Positions 1 through 11,058 of a DNA stretch of 64,000 nt are shown in pieces. Position 1 is the stretch's first letter. The number at the start of each line of letters is the position of its first letter. This DNA is from Candidatus Shikimatogenerans bostrichidophilus (GTDB lineage: Bacteria; Bacteroidota; Bacteroidia; Flavobacteriales; Blattabacteriaceae), in contig CP099827.1 of NCBI GenBank assembly GCA_029851265.1, positions 111,107 to 175,106 on the forward strand. The letters are read 5' to 3'. The translations under genes and the position numbers were made by a program. Below the pieces are notes generated by a model. That model saw only the letters and a program-made list of their open reading frames with translations, was not told the DNA's origin and did not search any database.

Positions 1-57
1 ACATTTTTTTTTTTTTTATTTAAAATAATGTGTAATTTCATTAATTATAAAAAAAAA

Positions 58-1062
58 ATGATAAAAATAGGTATTAATGGTTTTAATAGAATAGGTAAAA
101 TGATATTTTATAGTGCTATAAAAAATAAAAATATAAAAATAGTAGCTATTAATAAAATAAATATTAAAGATTTAATATATATTTTAAAATATGATTCAAT
201 ACATAAATTACCTAAATTAAATATAATAATAGATAAAAAATATAATAATATAATTGTTAATAATAAACATATTATAAGAATAACTAATGAAAATGATAAT
301 TTAGATTGGAAATCTGTAGACGCTAAATATATAATAGAAACAACAGGAAATTTTATAGATGAAAAAAGTTTATTAAATCATATTAAATATGGTGCTAAAA
401 AAGTTATAATTACTTATCCTCCTAAAGATGAAAATATACCTATATTCGTAATAGGTGTAAATCATAAATTAATTAATAAATATAATAATATTATATATTA
501 TGCTTCTAGTACAACTAATTGTTTATCACCAATATTAAAAATATTACACAGAGAATTTGAAATTATTGAATGTTTAATAACTATAATAAATTCAAATTAT
601 AATGATTTTAATATAATAGATGATATAAATAAAAATTATATATTAGGACGTTCTATTTTATGTAATATTATACCTTATAAAAAAAAAATATATAAAGAAA
701 TATATAAAATAATACCTGAAATAAAAGGTAAAATTAAGGATATTTCTTATTTAGTACCTAATATAAACAATGTATCTATTGTAGATTTAACAATAAGAAT
801 AAAAAAATCTACAAATTATGATAATATAAAAAAAATAATTAAATTTTATTCTAAAAATGAATTATCAGGAATATTAGGATATATTAATAATGATATAGTT
901 TCAACAGATATTTTAGATGATACTAGAATTTCTATTTTTGATGCTAAAGCCGGTATTATGTTAAATCCAAATTTTTTTAAAATAATATGTTGGTATGATA
1001 ATGAAATAGGGTATTCTAATAAAATAATAAATTTTATAGAATATATTGAATATAATATTTAA
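58..1062 (+). CDS. gapA: Glyceraldehyde-3-phosphate dehydrogenase homolog with catalytic residues substituted
   Basis: MIKIGINGFNRIG, KYDSIH, ETTG, GAKKVIIT, TTNCLSP and WYDNEIGYS match the GAPDH family. ATG at 58 fits the family N-terminus better than ATG at 28. Confidence 0.93.
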   Translation: MIKIGINGFNRIGKMIFYSAIKNKNIKIVAINKINIKDLIYILKYDSIHKLPKLNIIIDKKYNNIIVNNKHIIRITNENDNLDWKSVDAKYIIETTGNFIDEKSLLNHIKYGAKKVIITYPPKDENIPIFVIGVNHKLINKYNNIIYYASSTTNCLSPILKILHREFEIIECLITIINSNYNDFNIIDDINKNYILGRSILCNIIPYKKKIYKEIYKIIPEIKGKIKDISYLVPNINNVSIVDLTIRIKKSTNYDNIKKIIKFYSKNELSGILGYINNDIVSTDILDDTRISIFDAKAGIMLNPNFFKIICWYDNEIGYSNKIINFIEYIEYNI

Positions 1063-1493
1063 TATTTTTTAGGTATTTTTTTTATAAAAATTATTTTTTT
1101 TTTTTTAATTTTAAAAAAAATATTTTCTATACCATTTGTTAAAAAAAAATATTTATTTTTTAAAACATTACCGTATTGTAATAATTGATAAAAATTTTTT
1201 TTTGTAATTTTTTTTTTAGGTGATTTACATTCTATTATCAAGTATGGTTTTTTTTTTTTATAAACTAAAATATCTATTTTGTTAATTTTTTTTTTTATTT
1301 TAATATATTTTTCTACATATATATCATATAATTTATACATTTTTTCTAAAATAAGAAATAATATAATTTTTTGTCTTAATAATTCTTCATAACTAAATAT
1401 ATAAAATTTTTTTCTTTTAATACAAAAAATAGTTTTTTTATAATTATATATAGATTTATATATTTTAATTTTATATTTTTTAAAAATTTTCAT
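1059..1493 (-). CDS. Stand-alone type I restriction HsdR N-terminal-domain protein (HSDR_N_2-like, PD-(D/E)xK fold)
   Basis: EELLRQ, IDILVY, LIIECKSP, QLLQY and LTNG match the small Bacteroidota HsdR-N family pattern. Confidence 0.75.
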   Translation of the reverse strand: MKIFKKYKIKIYKSIYNYKKTIFCIKRKKFYIFSYEELLRQKIILFLILEKMYKLYDIYVEKYIKIKKKINKIDILVYKKKKPYLIIECKSPKKKITKKNFYQLLQYGNVLKNKYFFLTNGIENIFFKIKKKKIIFIKKIPKKY

Positions 1494-2098
1494 ATATATA
1501 TTGGTTCACAACAATTAATATTTTTTACAAATTTTTTTTTTTTATAAAATTCATATGATAATTTTATAATATCATTATAATTTATTTTATAAAAATATAT
1601 ATTTTTATGATATTTATAATTTTTTTTTTTAAATTTTATATTTAAAAAATAAATATTTTTTATAAAATTATATTTTTTAATTTTTTTTTTTTTATAAAAA
1701 ATATTTTTATTACAATTATATTTTATTATATATATTTTTTTTTTATTATATGAATATATTATAAAATTTATTTTTTTATATTTTTTTATTAATTTTAATT
1801 TATTATTTATTAATATTAAAAAATCATTAATCATAATTAATGGTTTTTTTAATGATAAACATAAACCTTTAGCAGATGATAATATAATTCTTATTCTAGT
1901 ATATGAAATAGAAGGTCCAAAATTTACACAAATAGCATTAATTTTATTTATTTTAAATTTATATTTAATTAAACTTTTTTTTATTTTTTGATGTAATGAA
2001 TTACTATTTTTTTTAATTTTAAATAATAATTTACCATTATATGATATATTTGATAATATATATTTATTATTTTCATATATATTTAATATATAAGTCAT
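1490..2098 (-). CDS. tsaB: tRNA threonylcarbamoyladenosine biosynthesis protein TsaB (degenerate)
   Basis: INAICVNFGPSISYTRIRIILSSAKGLCLSLKKPLI corresponds to the TsaB GPGSYTGLRIG..AKGL motif; C-terminal EPIY. Confidence 0.85.
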   Translation of the reverse strand: MTYILNIYENNKYILSNISYNGKLLFKIKKNSNSLHQKIKKSLIKYKFKINKINAICVNFGPSISYTRIRIILSSAKGLCLSLKKPLIMINDFLILINNKLKLIKKYKKINFIIYSYNKKKIYIIKYNCNKNIFYKKKKIKKYNFIKNIYFLNIKFKKKNYKYHKNIYFYKINYNDIIKLSYEFYKKKKFVKNINCCEPIYI

Positions 2099-2115
2099 TT
2101 TAATTTTTTTTAATT

Positions 2116-3903
2116 ATGAATAAATTTATTAAAAAATTAAATAAAATATCTATTAAATTATTATATAATATGTATAATATAAAAATAGAAAAAATAAATA
2201 TATTATATACTAAAAATTATAATTATGGTGATATTTCAATTATAATTTCTTCAATATTTTGTTTAAAGGATAAAGAAAAAAAAAAATTTGGTATTTATTT
2301 AGGTAATTATATAATAAAAAAATTTAAAAAATATATATATAAATATAATTTTAAAAATAATTTTTTAAATTTTTTTTTAACTAATTATTTTTATATAGAA
2401 ATAATTAATAAATTTTTAAAATTAAATTTTAATATAAATAAATTTATTAATGATGTTAATAATAATAATAAACTTATTATTATAGATTATTCATCACCTA
2501 ATACTAATAAACCATTACATATTGGACATTTAAGAAATATGTTAATAGGTAATACAATATCTAATATTTACTATGAATTAGGTTATAAGGTTATTAAAAG
2601 TCAAATTATAAATGATAGAGGTATACATATATGTAAGTCTATAGTTTCTTGGAAATTATTTTTTAATGGTATTACTCCATTATCATATAATATAAAAAGT
2701 GATCATTTTGTTGGTAAATTATATTTTAAGTTTGAAAAAGAATTAAATAAAGAAATAAAAAATATATCGTATAAATATAACATTAATAATGAAAAAGCTA
2801 AAAAATTATCAAAATTATTAATTATAGTTAATGATGAATTAGTAAAATGGGAAAATAATAATACTAATAGTATATATATTTGGAAAATGATTAATTTATG
2901 GGCATATAAAGGATTTAAAAAAACTTATAATGCATTAAATATAAAATTTGATGAAATAATTTATGAAAGTAAAACATATATTATAGGTAAAAAAATAATT
3001 AATAAAGGAATTAAAAATAAAATTTTTTTTTTAGATAAAGATAAATCTGTTTATTTTTTATTTAAAAAAAAAAAAATAATTTTATTAAGAAGTAATGGAA
3101 CTTCTTTATATATAACTCAGGAAATAGGTACTTTAATATATAGATTAAAAAAATATAAAAAAATACATTTATTGATATATGTTGTAGGTAATGAACAAAT
3201 ATATCATTTTAATATTTTATTTGAAATTGTAAAAAAAATTAATTTATCTATAAAAAATAATAACTTATTTCATTTATCTTATAATTCAGTTAATTTTTTA
3301 GGAAAAAAAATAAAATCAAGATATGGTAAAAATATTATTTTTATTGATGATTTAATAGATAAAATGTATATTAATGTAATAAAAAAATTTAAAGAAAAAA
3401 AAAAAAAATATAATAATAAAAAAAAAATATTAAAATTAATATCAATAGGAGCTATAAAATATCAATTTATTAAAATTAATCCTAATAAAATAATTGATTT
3501 TAATTTTGATAAATGTTTGGAATTAAAAGGTAATACAGGAATATATATACAATATACATATGTTAGAATATATTCTATATTAAAAAAAAATAAAAATAAA
3601 TATTTTATTATAAAAAAAAAACATATAAATTTAATAAAAAAAAATGAAAAAGATATATTAAAAAATATAATAGAATATCCTAACATAATTAATAAATCAG
3701 CTTATAAATATGATCCATCTATTTTTACTAATTATGTTTATGATTTATCTAAAAAAATAAATGTATTTTATCAAAATAATAAAATAATAAATATAAAAAA
3801 TATATATAAAAAAAATATAAGATTAATAATATGTAATATAATTTTAAAATTTTTAGATAAATCAATGAAAATATTAGGCATACCTATAATAAAAAAAATA
3901 TAA
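2116..3903 (+). CDS. argS: Arginine--tRNA ligase
   Basis: DYSSPNTNKPLHIGHLRN, NDRGIHICKS, YVVGNEQ and YIQYTYVRI motifs. Confidence 0.97.
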   Translation: MNKFIKKLNKISIKLLYNMYNIKIEKINILYTKNYNYGDISIIISSIFCLKDKEKKKFGIYLGNYIIKKFKKYIYKYNFKNNFLNFFLTNYFYIEIINKFLKLNFNINKFINDVNNNNKLIIIDYSSPNTNKPLHIGHLRNMLIGNTISNIYYELGYKVIKSQIINDRGIHICKSIVSWKLFFNGITPLSYNIKSDHFVGKLYFKFEKELNKEIKNISYKYNINNEKAKKLSKLLIIVNDELVKWENNNTNSIYIWKMINLWAYKGFKKTYNALNIKFDEIIYESKTYIIGKKIINKGIKNKIFFLDKDKSVYFLFKKKKIILLRSNGTSLYITQEIGTLIYRLKKYKKIHLLIYVVGNEQIYHFNILFEIVKKINLSIKNNNLFHLSYNSVNFLGKKIKSRYGKNIIFIDDLIDKMYINVIKKFKEKKKKYNNKKKILKLISIGAIKYQFIKINPNKIIDFNFDKCLELKGNTGIYIQYTYVRIYSILKKNKNKYFIIKKKHINLIKKNEKDILKNIIEYPNIINKSAYKYDPSIFTNYVYDLSKKINVFYQNNKIINIKNIYKKNIRLIICNIILKFLDKSMKILGIPIIKKI

Positions 3904-3978
3904 AATTAATAATATTATCTATCATTTTTTTAAAAAAAAATAATTATAATAATATTATAATAAATAATAAAAAAATAA

Positions 3979-4530
3979 ATGAAACAAAATGAAATATTTA
4001 AAGAATTAGATTTAGATATTAATAATACTATAAAATATTTTCAAAAATATTTATATAATATACATTATGGTAAAGTTAATACATCAATTTTAAAAAATAT
4101 AAAAGTAAATATTAATAATAAATATTTTTATTTATATAATATATCAAATATAAATGTAATAGATAAAATAACATTAAAAATTACTCCATATGATAAAAAA
4201 AATATTAATATAATAAAAAAAAGTTTATTATATAATAATATAGGAGGTTCAATTTTTAATAAAAAAAATAGTATATTTTTTAAATTATCTTTATTTTCAG
4301 AAGATAAAAGGAAAGAATTAATAAAAAAAATAAAAATTGAATTAGAAAAAGTAAAAGTTTCTTTAAGATTAATTAGAAATAAATTTAATAGTAATTTAAA
4401 AAAAGATTTAATTTTTTCTAAGGATGATAAAAAAAATATACAAAAAAAAATAAAAAATATTTTTGATAAAAGTATTTTAAAAATAAATGATATTTTTAAT
4501 ATTAAAAAAAATGAAATATTAAAAATATAA
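3979..4530 (+). CDS. frr: Ribosome recycling factor
   Basis: 183 aa with ITPYDK, SEDKRKELIK and KVSLRLIR matching RRF. Confidence 0.9.
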   Translation: MKQNEIFKELDLDINNTIKYFQKYLYNIHYGKVNTSILKNIKVNINNKYFYLYNISNINVIDKITLKITPYDKKNINIIKKSLLYNNIGGSIFNKKNSIFFKLSLFSEDKRKELIKKIKIELEKVKVSLRLIRNKFNSNLKKDLIFSKDDKKNIQKKIKNIFDKSILKINDIFNIKKNEILKI

Positions 4531-4556
4531 ATTAATAATAAAAATAAAAAAAAAAT

Positions 4557-5951
4557 ATGAAATATTATTATTCTATAAAAGAAATAATAATAAATAAAAA
4601 TAAATTTTTAAATAAAAATTTATTAATTAAAGGTTGGATAAAATTTTTTAGAAATAATTTTTTTTTAGAAATTAATGACGGATCAACAATAAAAAATTTA
4701 CAAGTAGTTATAAAAAAAGAAATATTTAAAAAAAAATTAAAAAAAATTAATATAGGAAATCCTATAAAAATTTTTGGTAAGTTAAAATTACATAAAAATA
4801 ATAAAGATGTTGAAATGTTACCATTAAATATTAAATTATATGGTAAAATAGATAAAAAATTTTTTGATAAAAGTATTTTACAAAATAAATTTCATTCTTT
4901 ATCAAAATTAAGAAAACAAATATATTTAAGATTTAGAACTAAAATTTTTTCTTCTATAATGAAAATAAGACATAATTTATATATACAAATACATAATTTT
5001 TTCAAAAAAAAACATTTTTATTATATTAACACTCCTATTATAAGTAATAATAATGCTGAAGGAGCAGGTGAAACATTTAGAGTAACTACTATTGATTTTG
5101 AAAATAAAAAAAATAATTTAAATTGTAAAAATGATTTTTTTAAATGTAAAGTAAATTTAACTGTTTCTGGTCAATTAGAAGCTGAAAGTGCAATGTTAGG
5201 ATTAGGTAAGGTTTATACATTTGGTCCTGTTTTTAGAGCTGAAAATTCTAATACAAATAAACATTTATCAGAATTTTTAATGGTTGAACCTGAAATTATG
5301 TTTTATAAATTAAAAGATATAATTAAATTATCTGTAAAATTAATAAAATATTTAATTAAAAAAATTTTAAAATATTGTATAGAAGAATTAAAATATTTAG
5401 AATATTATCATAAAAAAAATAATAATAAAAATGGTAAAAATTTAATAAAATTATTAAAAAATATACAAAAAAAAAAATTTATTAAAATAAGTTATAATAA
5501 AGTAATTAAGTTATTAAAAAGTATAAATAATAAAATAATTTTTTGGGGTGACGATATAGGTTCAAAACATGAAAAAATTTTATTTGAAAAAATATTTAAA
5601 AAAGAATTATTACCTTTAATAATATATAATTATCCTAAAAATATTAAACCATTTTATATGAAAATTAATAAAGATAATATAACTACTAAATCAATAGATA
5701 TATTATTTCCTTATATAGGAGAAATAATAGGTGGATCTGAAAGAGAACATTCATATAAAAAATTATTAAAAATAATAAAAAAAAAAAATATGAATATAAA
5801 AAAAATAAAATGGTATTTAAATATAAGAAAATTAGGTACTATATATCATAGTGGTTTTGGTTTAGGTTTTGATAGATTATTACAATTTATAACAGGTATG
5901 AAAAATATTAGGGATGTTGTACCTTTTCCTAGATTACCAGGTAAAATTTAA
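4557..5951 (+). CDS. asnS: Asparagine--tRNA ligase
   Basis: AEGAGETF, LTVSGQLEAE, FRAENSNTNKH, GGSERE and GFGLGFDRL motifs. Confidence 0.97.
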   Translation: MKYYYSIKEIIINKNKFLNKNLLIKGWIKFFRNNFFLEINDGSTIKNLQVVIKKEIFKKKLKKINIGNPIKIFGKLKLHKNNKDVEMLPLNIKLYGKIDKKFFDKSILQNKFHSLSKLRKQIYLRFRTKIFSSIMKIRHNLYIQIHNFFKKKHFYYINTPIISNNNAEGAGETFRVTTIDFENKKNNLNCKNDFFKCKVNLTVSGQLEAESAMLGLGKVYTFGPVFRAENSNTNKHLSEFLMVEPEIMFYKLKDIIKLSVKLIKYLIKKILKYCIEELKYLEYYHKKNNNKNGKNLIKLLKNIQKKKFIKISYNKVIKLLKSINNKIIFWGDDIGSKHEKILFEKIFKKELLPLIIYNYPKNIKPFYMKINKDNITTKSIDILFPYIGEIIGGSEREHSYKKLLKIIKKKNMNIKKIKWYLNIRKLGTIYHSGFGLGFDRLLQFITGMKNIRDVVPFPRLPGKI

Positions 5952-5959
5952 ATTTAATC

Positions 5960-7132
5960 ATGAATAGAAGTATAATAAATTTAGATAATGCATCTAATAG
6001 TAGAATGAGAAAAGAAATTATTAAAATTTATAAAAAATATATAGAAAATAAATATTTATTTAATCCTTCTTCTTTTCATTTTTTAGGAAGAAAATCTAAA
6101 TCATATATAGAAATTTCTAGAGAAAAAATATCAAAAATAATTAATTGTGATCCATCAGAAATTATTTTTACTTCTGGAGGTACAGAGGGTAACAATATAA
6201 TTATAAGATCTGTAGTAGAAACATATAATATTAATTATATAATAAGTTCTAAAATAGAACATTTATCTGTTTTAAATACTATTTTAGATATAAATAATAA
6301 AAAAAAAATAAATTTATTTTTTATAGATAATGATAAATTAGGTAATTTAAATTTAAAAAAATTTAAAAAAAAAATAAAAAAAATATATAAAAAAAATAGA
6401 ATTTTAGTAAGTATTATGTATATAAATAATGAAATAGGTAATATTAATAATATTTATAAAATTGGTAAAATATGTAAAAAATATAAAATTTTATTTCATT
6501 CAGATTTAGTTCAATTTGTTGGTCATTATAAAATAAATGTTAAAAATTTATTATGTAATTTTTTTACTGCTAGTGCACATAAATTTTATGGACCTTTTGG
6601 TATAGGTTTTATATTTATAAAAAAAGGATTTATTTTAAATAAATTTATTACTGGTGGTAATCAAGAAAAGGGAATAAGATCAGGAACAGAAAATTTATAT
6701 GGTATTATATGTTTATATAAAGCCTTAGAATTAAGTAAAAATAATTTTTTATATGAAAAAAAATATATTTCTTTTTTAAAGAAATATTGTATTTTTTTAT
6801 TAAAACAAAATATAAATAATATTAAATTTAATGGTTTATCAGAAAATATGATTAAAAGTTCTTTTTATATTTTAAATATAAGATTACCTATAAAAGATGA
6901 TTTATTACATATTAAATTAGATTTAAGAGGTATTATTATATCTAAAGGTAGTTCTTGTAATAAGAATAATGAATCTCATGTAATTAAAAATATTTTAAAT
7001 ATTAAAAATTTAAAAAATACTACTTCTATTAGAATATCTTTTAGTATTTATAATAAAAAAAAAGATATAGAATTATTTGTATATGAATTAAAAAGAATGA
7101 TTATAAATAATAATTTATTAAAAATAAATTAA
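5960..7132 (+). CDS. iscS: Cysteine desulfurase (IscS/NifS family)
   Basis: LDNAS, FTSGGTEGNN, NNEIG, PLP lysine in SAHKFYGP, RSGTEN, catalytic Cys in GSSC. Confidence 0.92.
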   Translation: MNRSIINLDNASNSRMRKEIIKIYKKYIENKYLFNPSSFHFLGRKSKSYIEISREKISKIINCDPSEIIFTSGGTEGNNIIIRSVVETYNINYIISSKIEHLSVLNTILDINNKKKINLFFIDNDKLGNLNLKKFKKKIKKIYKKNRILVSIMYINNEIGNINNIYKIGKICKKYKILFHSDLVQFVGHYKINVKNLLCNFFTASAHKFYGPFGIGFIFIKKGFILNKFITGGNQEKGIRSGTENLYGIICLYKALELSKNNFLYEKKYISFLKKYCIFLLKQNINNIKFNGLSENMIKSSFYILNIRLPIKDDLLHIKLDLRGIIISKGSSCNKNNESHVIKNILNIKNLKNTTSIRISFSIYNKKKDIELFVYELKRMIINNNLLKIN

Positions 7133-7134
7133 TA

Positions 7135-8502
7135 ATGTTAAAAAATTTTTATATAGAAAATTATGGTTGTCAAATGAATATATATGACAATGAAATAATA
7201 ATAAGTATTTTAACTAAAAATAATTTATTTTATGTTAATAATATTTATAAAGCTGATTTAGTTTTGATTAATACATGTTCTATAAGAGAAAAAGCTGAAG
7301 AAACTATTTATAATAGATTATTATTTTTAAATTCTATTAAAAAAAAAAAAAAATTTTTTTTATTAGGTATAATAGGTTGTATGGCTAAAAGAATAGATTC
7401 TAAATTTTTTTTTAAAAAAAAAATTTTAGATTTTGTAATAGGACCTGATAAATATAGGGAATTACCAAATATAATTAAATCATTTAATAATAATGATAAT
7501 AGATATTTTTATAATATTATTTTATCTAATGAAGAAACATATTCAGATATTTTTCCTACTAAATTATATAATTATAATAAAGTTACTTCTTTTGTAACTA
7601 TATCTAGAGGATGTGATAATATGTGTACATTTTGTGTAGTACCTTTTACTAGAGGAAGAGAAAGAAGTAAAAGTCCTAATAATATAATTAAAGAGTGTAA
7701 TAAATTATATAATATGGGTTATAAAGAAGTTACTTTATTAGGTCAAAATGTAGATTCATATTTATGGTGTAAAAAAAATCATATTAAAAAAAAAATAATA
7801 AAAGAAAAAAATAAAACAATTAATTTTTCTCAATTATTAGAAAAAATTTCTAAATCATTACCAAATATGAGAATAAGATTTTGTACTTCTAATCCACAAG
7901 ATATGTCTTTAGATGTAATTAAAATTATGAAAAAATATGATAATATATGTAAATATATACATTTACCCGTACAATCAGGAAGTAATAGAATATTAAAATT
8001 AATGAATAGAAAATATACTAGAATGGAATATATTAAATTGGTAGAATTAATTAAAAATATTATACCTAATTGTTCATTATCATATGATATAATAACTGGT
8101 TTTTGTACTGAAACAGAAAAAGATCATTTAGATACATTAAATATTATGAAATATATAAAATATGATTTTGGATATATGTTTTGTTATTCTCATAGAAAAG
8201 GTACTTATGCATTTAAAAAATTAAAAGATAATGTACCTATAATTATTAAAAAATTAAGATTAAAAGAAATAATAAATTTACAAAGAAAACATTCATATTT
8301 AAAATTAAAAAAATATATTAATACTATTCAAGAAGTTTTAATTGAAGGTATTTCAAAAAAAGATAATAATTATTATTTTGGGAGAAATTCTCAAAATTCT
8401 GTAATAGTATTTCCTAAAAACAAATCAAAAATAGGTGATTTAGTAAATGTAAAAATTATTAGTAATACTTCAGCTACTTTAATAGGTGAATTAAAAAATT
8501 AA
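7135..8502 (+). CDS. miaB: tRNA-2-methylthio-N6-dimethylallyladenosine synthase MiaB
   Basis: YGCQMN, NTCSIREKAE, radical-SAM CDNMCTFC and C-terminal TRAM domain. Confidence 0.97.
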   Translation: MLKNFYIENYGCQMNIYDNEIIISILTKNNLFYVNNIYKADLVLINTCSIREKAEETIYNRLLFLNSIKKKKKFFLLGIIGCMAKRIDSKFFFKKKILDFVIGPDKYRELPNIIKSFNNNDNRYFYNIILSNEETYSDIFPTKLYNYNKVTSFVTISRGCDNMCTFCVVPFTRGRERSKSPNNIIKECNKLYNMGYKEVTLLGQNVDSYLWCKKNHIKKKIIKEKNKTINFSQLLEKISKSLPNMRIRFCTSNPQDMSLDVIKIMKKYDNICKYIHLPVQSGSNRILKLMNRKYTRMEYIKLVELIKNIIPNCSLSYDIITGFCTETEKDHLDTLNIMKYIKYDFGYMFCYSHRKGTYAFKKLKDNVPIIIKKLRLKEIINLQRKHSYLKLKKYINTIQEVLIEGISKKDNNYYFGRNSQNSVIVFPKNKSKIGDLVNVKIISNTSATLIGELKN

Positions 8503-8573
8503 AAAATATTTTTAAATTAAGTTTTTTTACTATTTATTATATATTAAATAATTTTTTTAAAAAAAATATAATT

Positions 8574-8858
8574 ATGAAAAAAATTAATGTTAAACCCTTA
8601 CATGATCGTGTAATAATAGAACCTTTACCTGTAGATAATAAAACTTCTTCTGGTATAATAATACCTGATACAGCTAAAGATAAACCTCAAGAAGGTATTG
8701 TAATAGCTGTTGGATCAGGTAAAAAAAAATATAATATGACTGTTAAAAATGGAGATAAAGTTTTATATGGTAAATATTCGGGCACTGAATTAAAAATTAA
8801 TAATAAAGAATATTTAATTATGCATGAAAGTGATATTTTTGCAATAATATATAAATAA
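8574..8858 (+). CDS. groES: Co-chaperonin GroES
   Basis: [22 protein letters not shown]; directly upstream of groEL. Confidence 0.99.
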   Translation: MKKINVKPLHDRVIIEPLPVDNKTSSGIIIPDTAKDKPQEGIVIAVGSGKKKYNMTVKNGDKVLYGKYSGTELKINNKEYLIMHESDIFAIIYK

Positions 8859-8861
8859 TAA

Positions 8862-10514
<1,653 letters not shown>

Positions 10515-10530
10515 ATTAAATAATTTAAGT

Positions 10531-10587
10531 AATTTTAAAAAATAATAATTAAATAAATATTTTATTTAATTATTATTTTTTAAAATT
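10531..10587. terminator. 27-bp perfect inverted repeat at the convergent groEL/sufE junction (putative bidirectional terminator)
   Basis: Arms 10531-10557 and 10561-10587 are exact reverse complements around a 3-nt loop (tat); all A/T. Confidence 0.6.
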
Positions 10588-10971
10588 TATATATTTTAAA
10601 GCATTTAATTTAACTTTTTTAATTATATTTAAAATACCTATATATCTATTTATAGATAAAATTTTTTCTAATTTAATTTTATTAAATAATTTTGTTTTAT
10701 ATTTTAATATTTCTATAGGAGTTTTATTAGAATATATTTTTATAATTAAATATATAATACCATTAATTATGTTAGAATTTGATTTACCTAAAATAAATAT
10801 TTTTTTTTTTTTATAAAAAAAAAATAACCATACATTAGTTTGACAATCATTTAATAAATATTTATTAATTTTATATTTTTGTGGGTAAAATGGTATTTTT
10901 TTACCATAATTTATTAATAAATTATATATATTATTATTTTTAATTTTATTAATAAAGTTTTTTTCAAACAT
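10573..10971 (-). CDS. sufE: SufE Fe-S assembly sulfur-acceptor protein
   Basis: LINYGKK, conserved Cys in DCQTNVWL, and LSINRYIG. Confidence 0.88.
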   Translation of the reverse strand: MFEKNFINKIKNNNIYNLLINYGKKIPFYPQKYKINKYLLNDCQTNVWLFFFYKKKKIFILGKSNSNIINGIIYLIIKIYSNKTPIEILKYKTKLFNKIKLEKILSINRYIGILNIIKKVKLNALKYINFKK

Positions 10972-11058
10972 TGTTATAATTAATTATTAGTAATTTAAAT
11001 TTTAAATTATACCTAATAATATTATAATTATAAAAAACTAATTTATTAAAAATTTTAT

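Noticed and set aside
1059..1493. Functional type I restriction-modification system
   Set aside because: Only a 144-aa N-terminal-like domain; no helicase motifs, hsdM or hsdS in the window.
3462..3686. Short antisense ORFs in the track (also 15933, 18092, 18838, 22972, 24720, 27863, 30218, 33289, 46069, 47812, 53825, 56360)
   Set aside because: All lie opposite well-supported genes and are F/I/L-rich mirror translations of Lys/Asn-rich codons, with no motifs.
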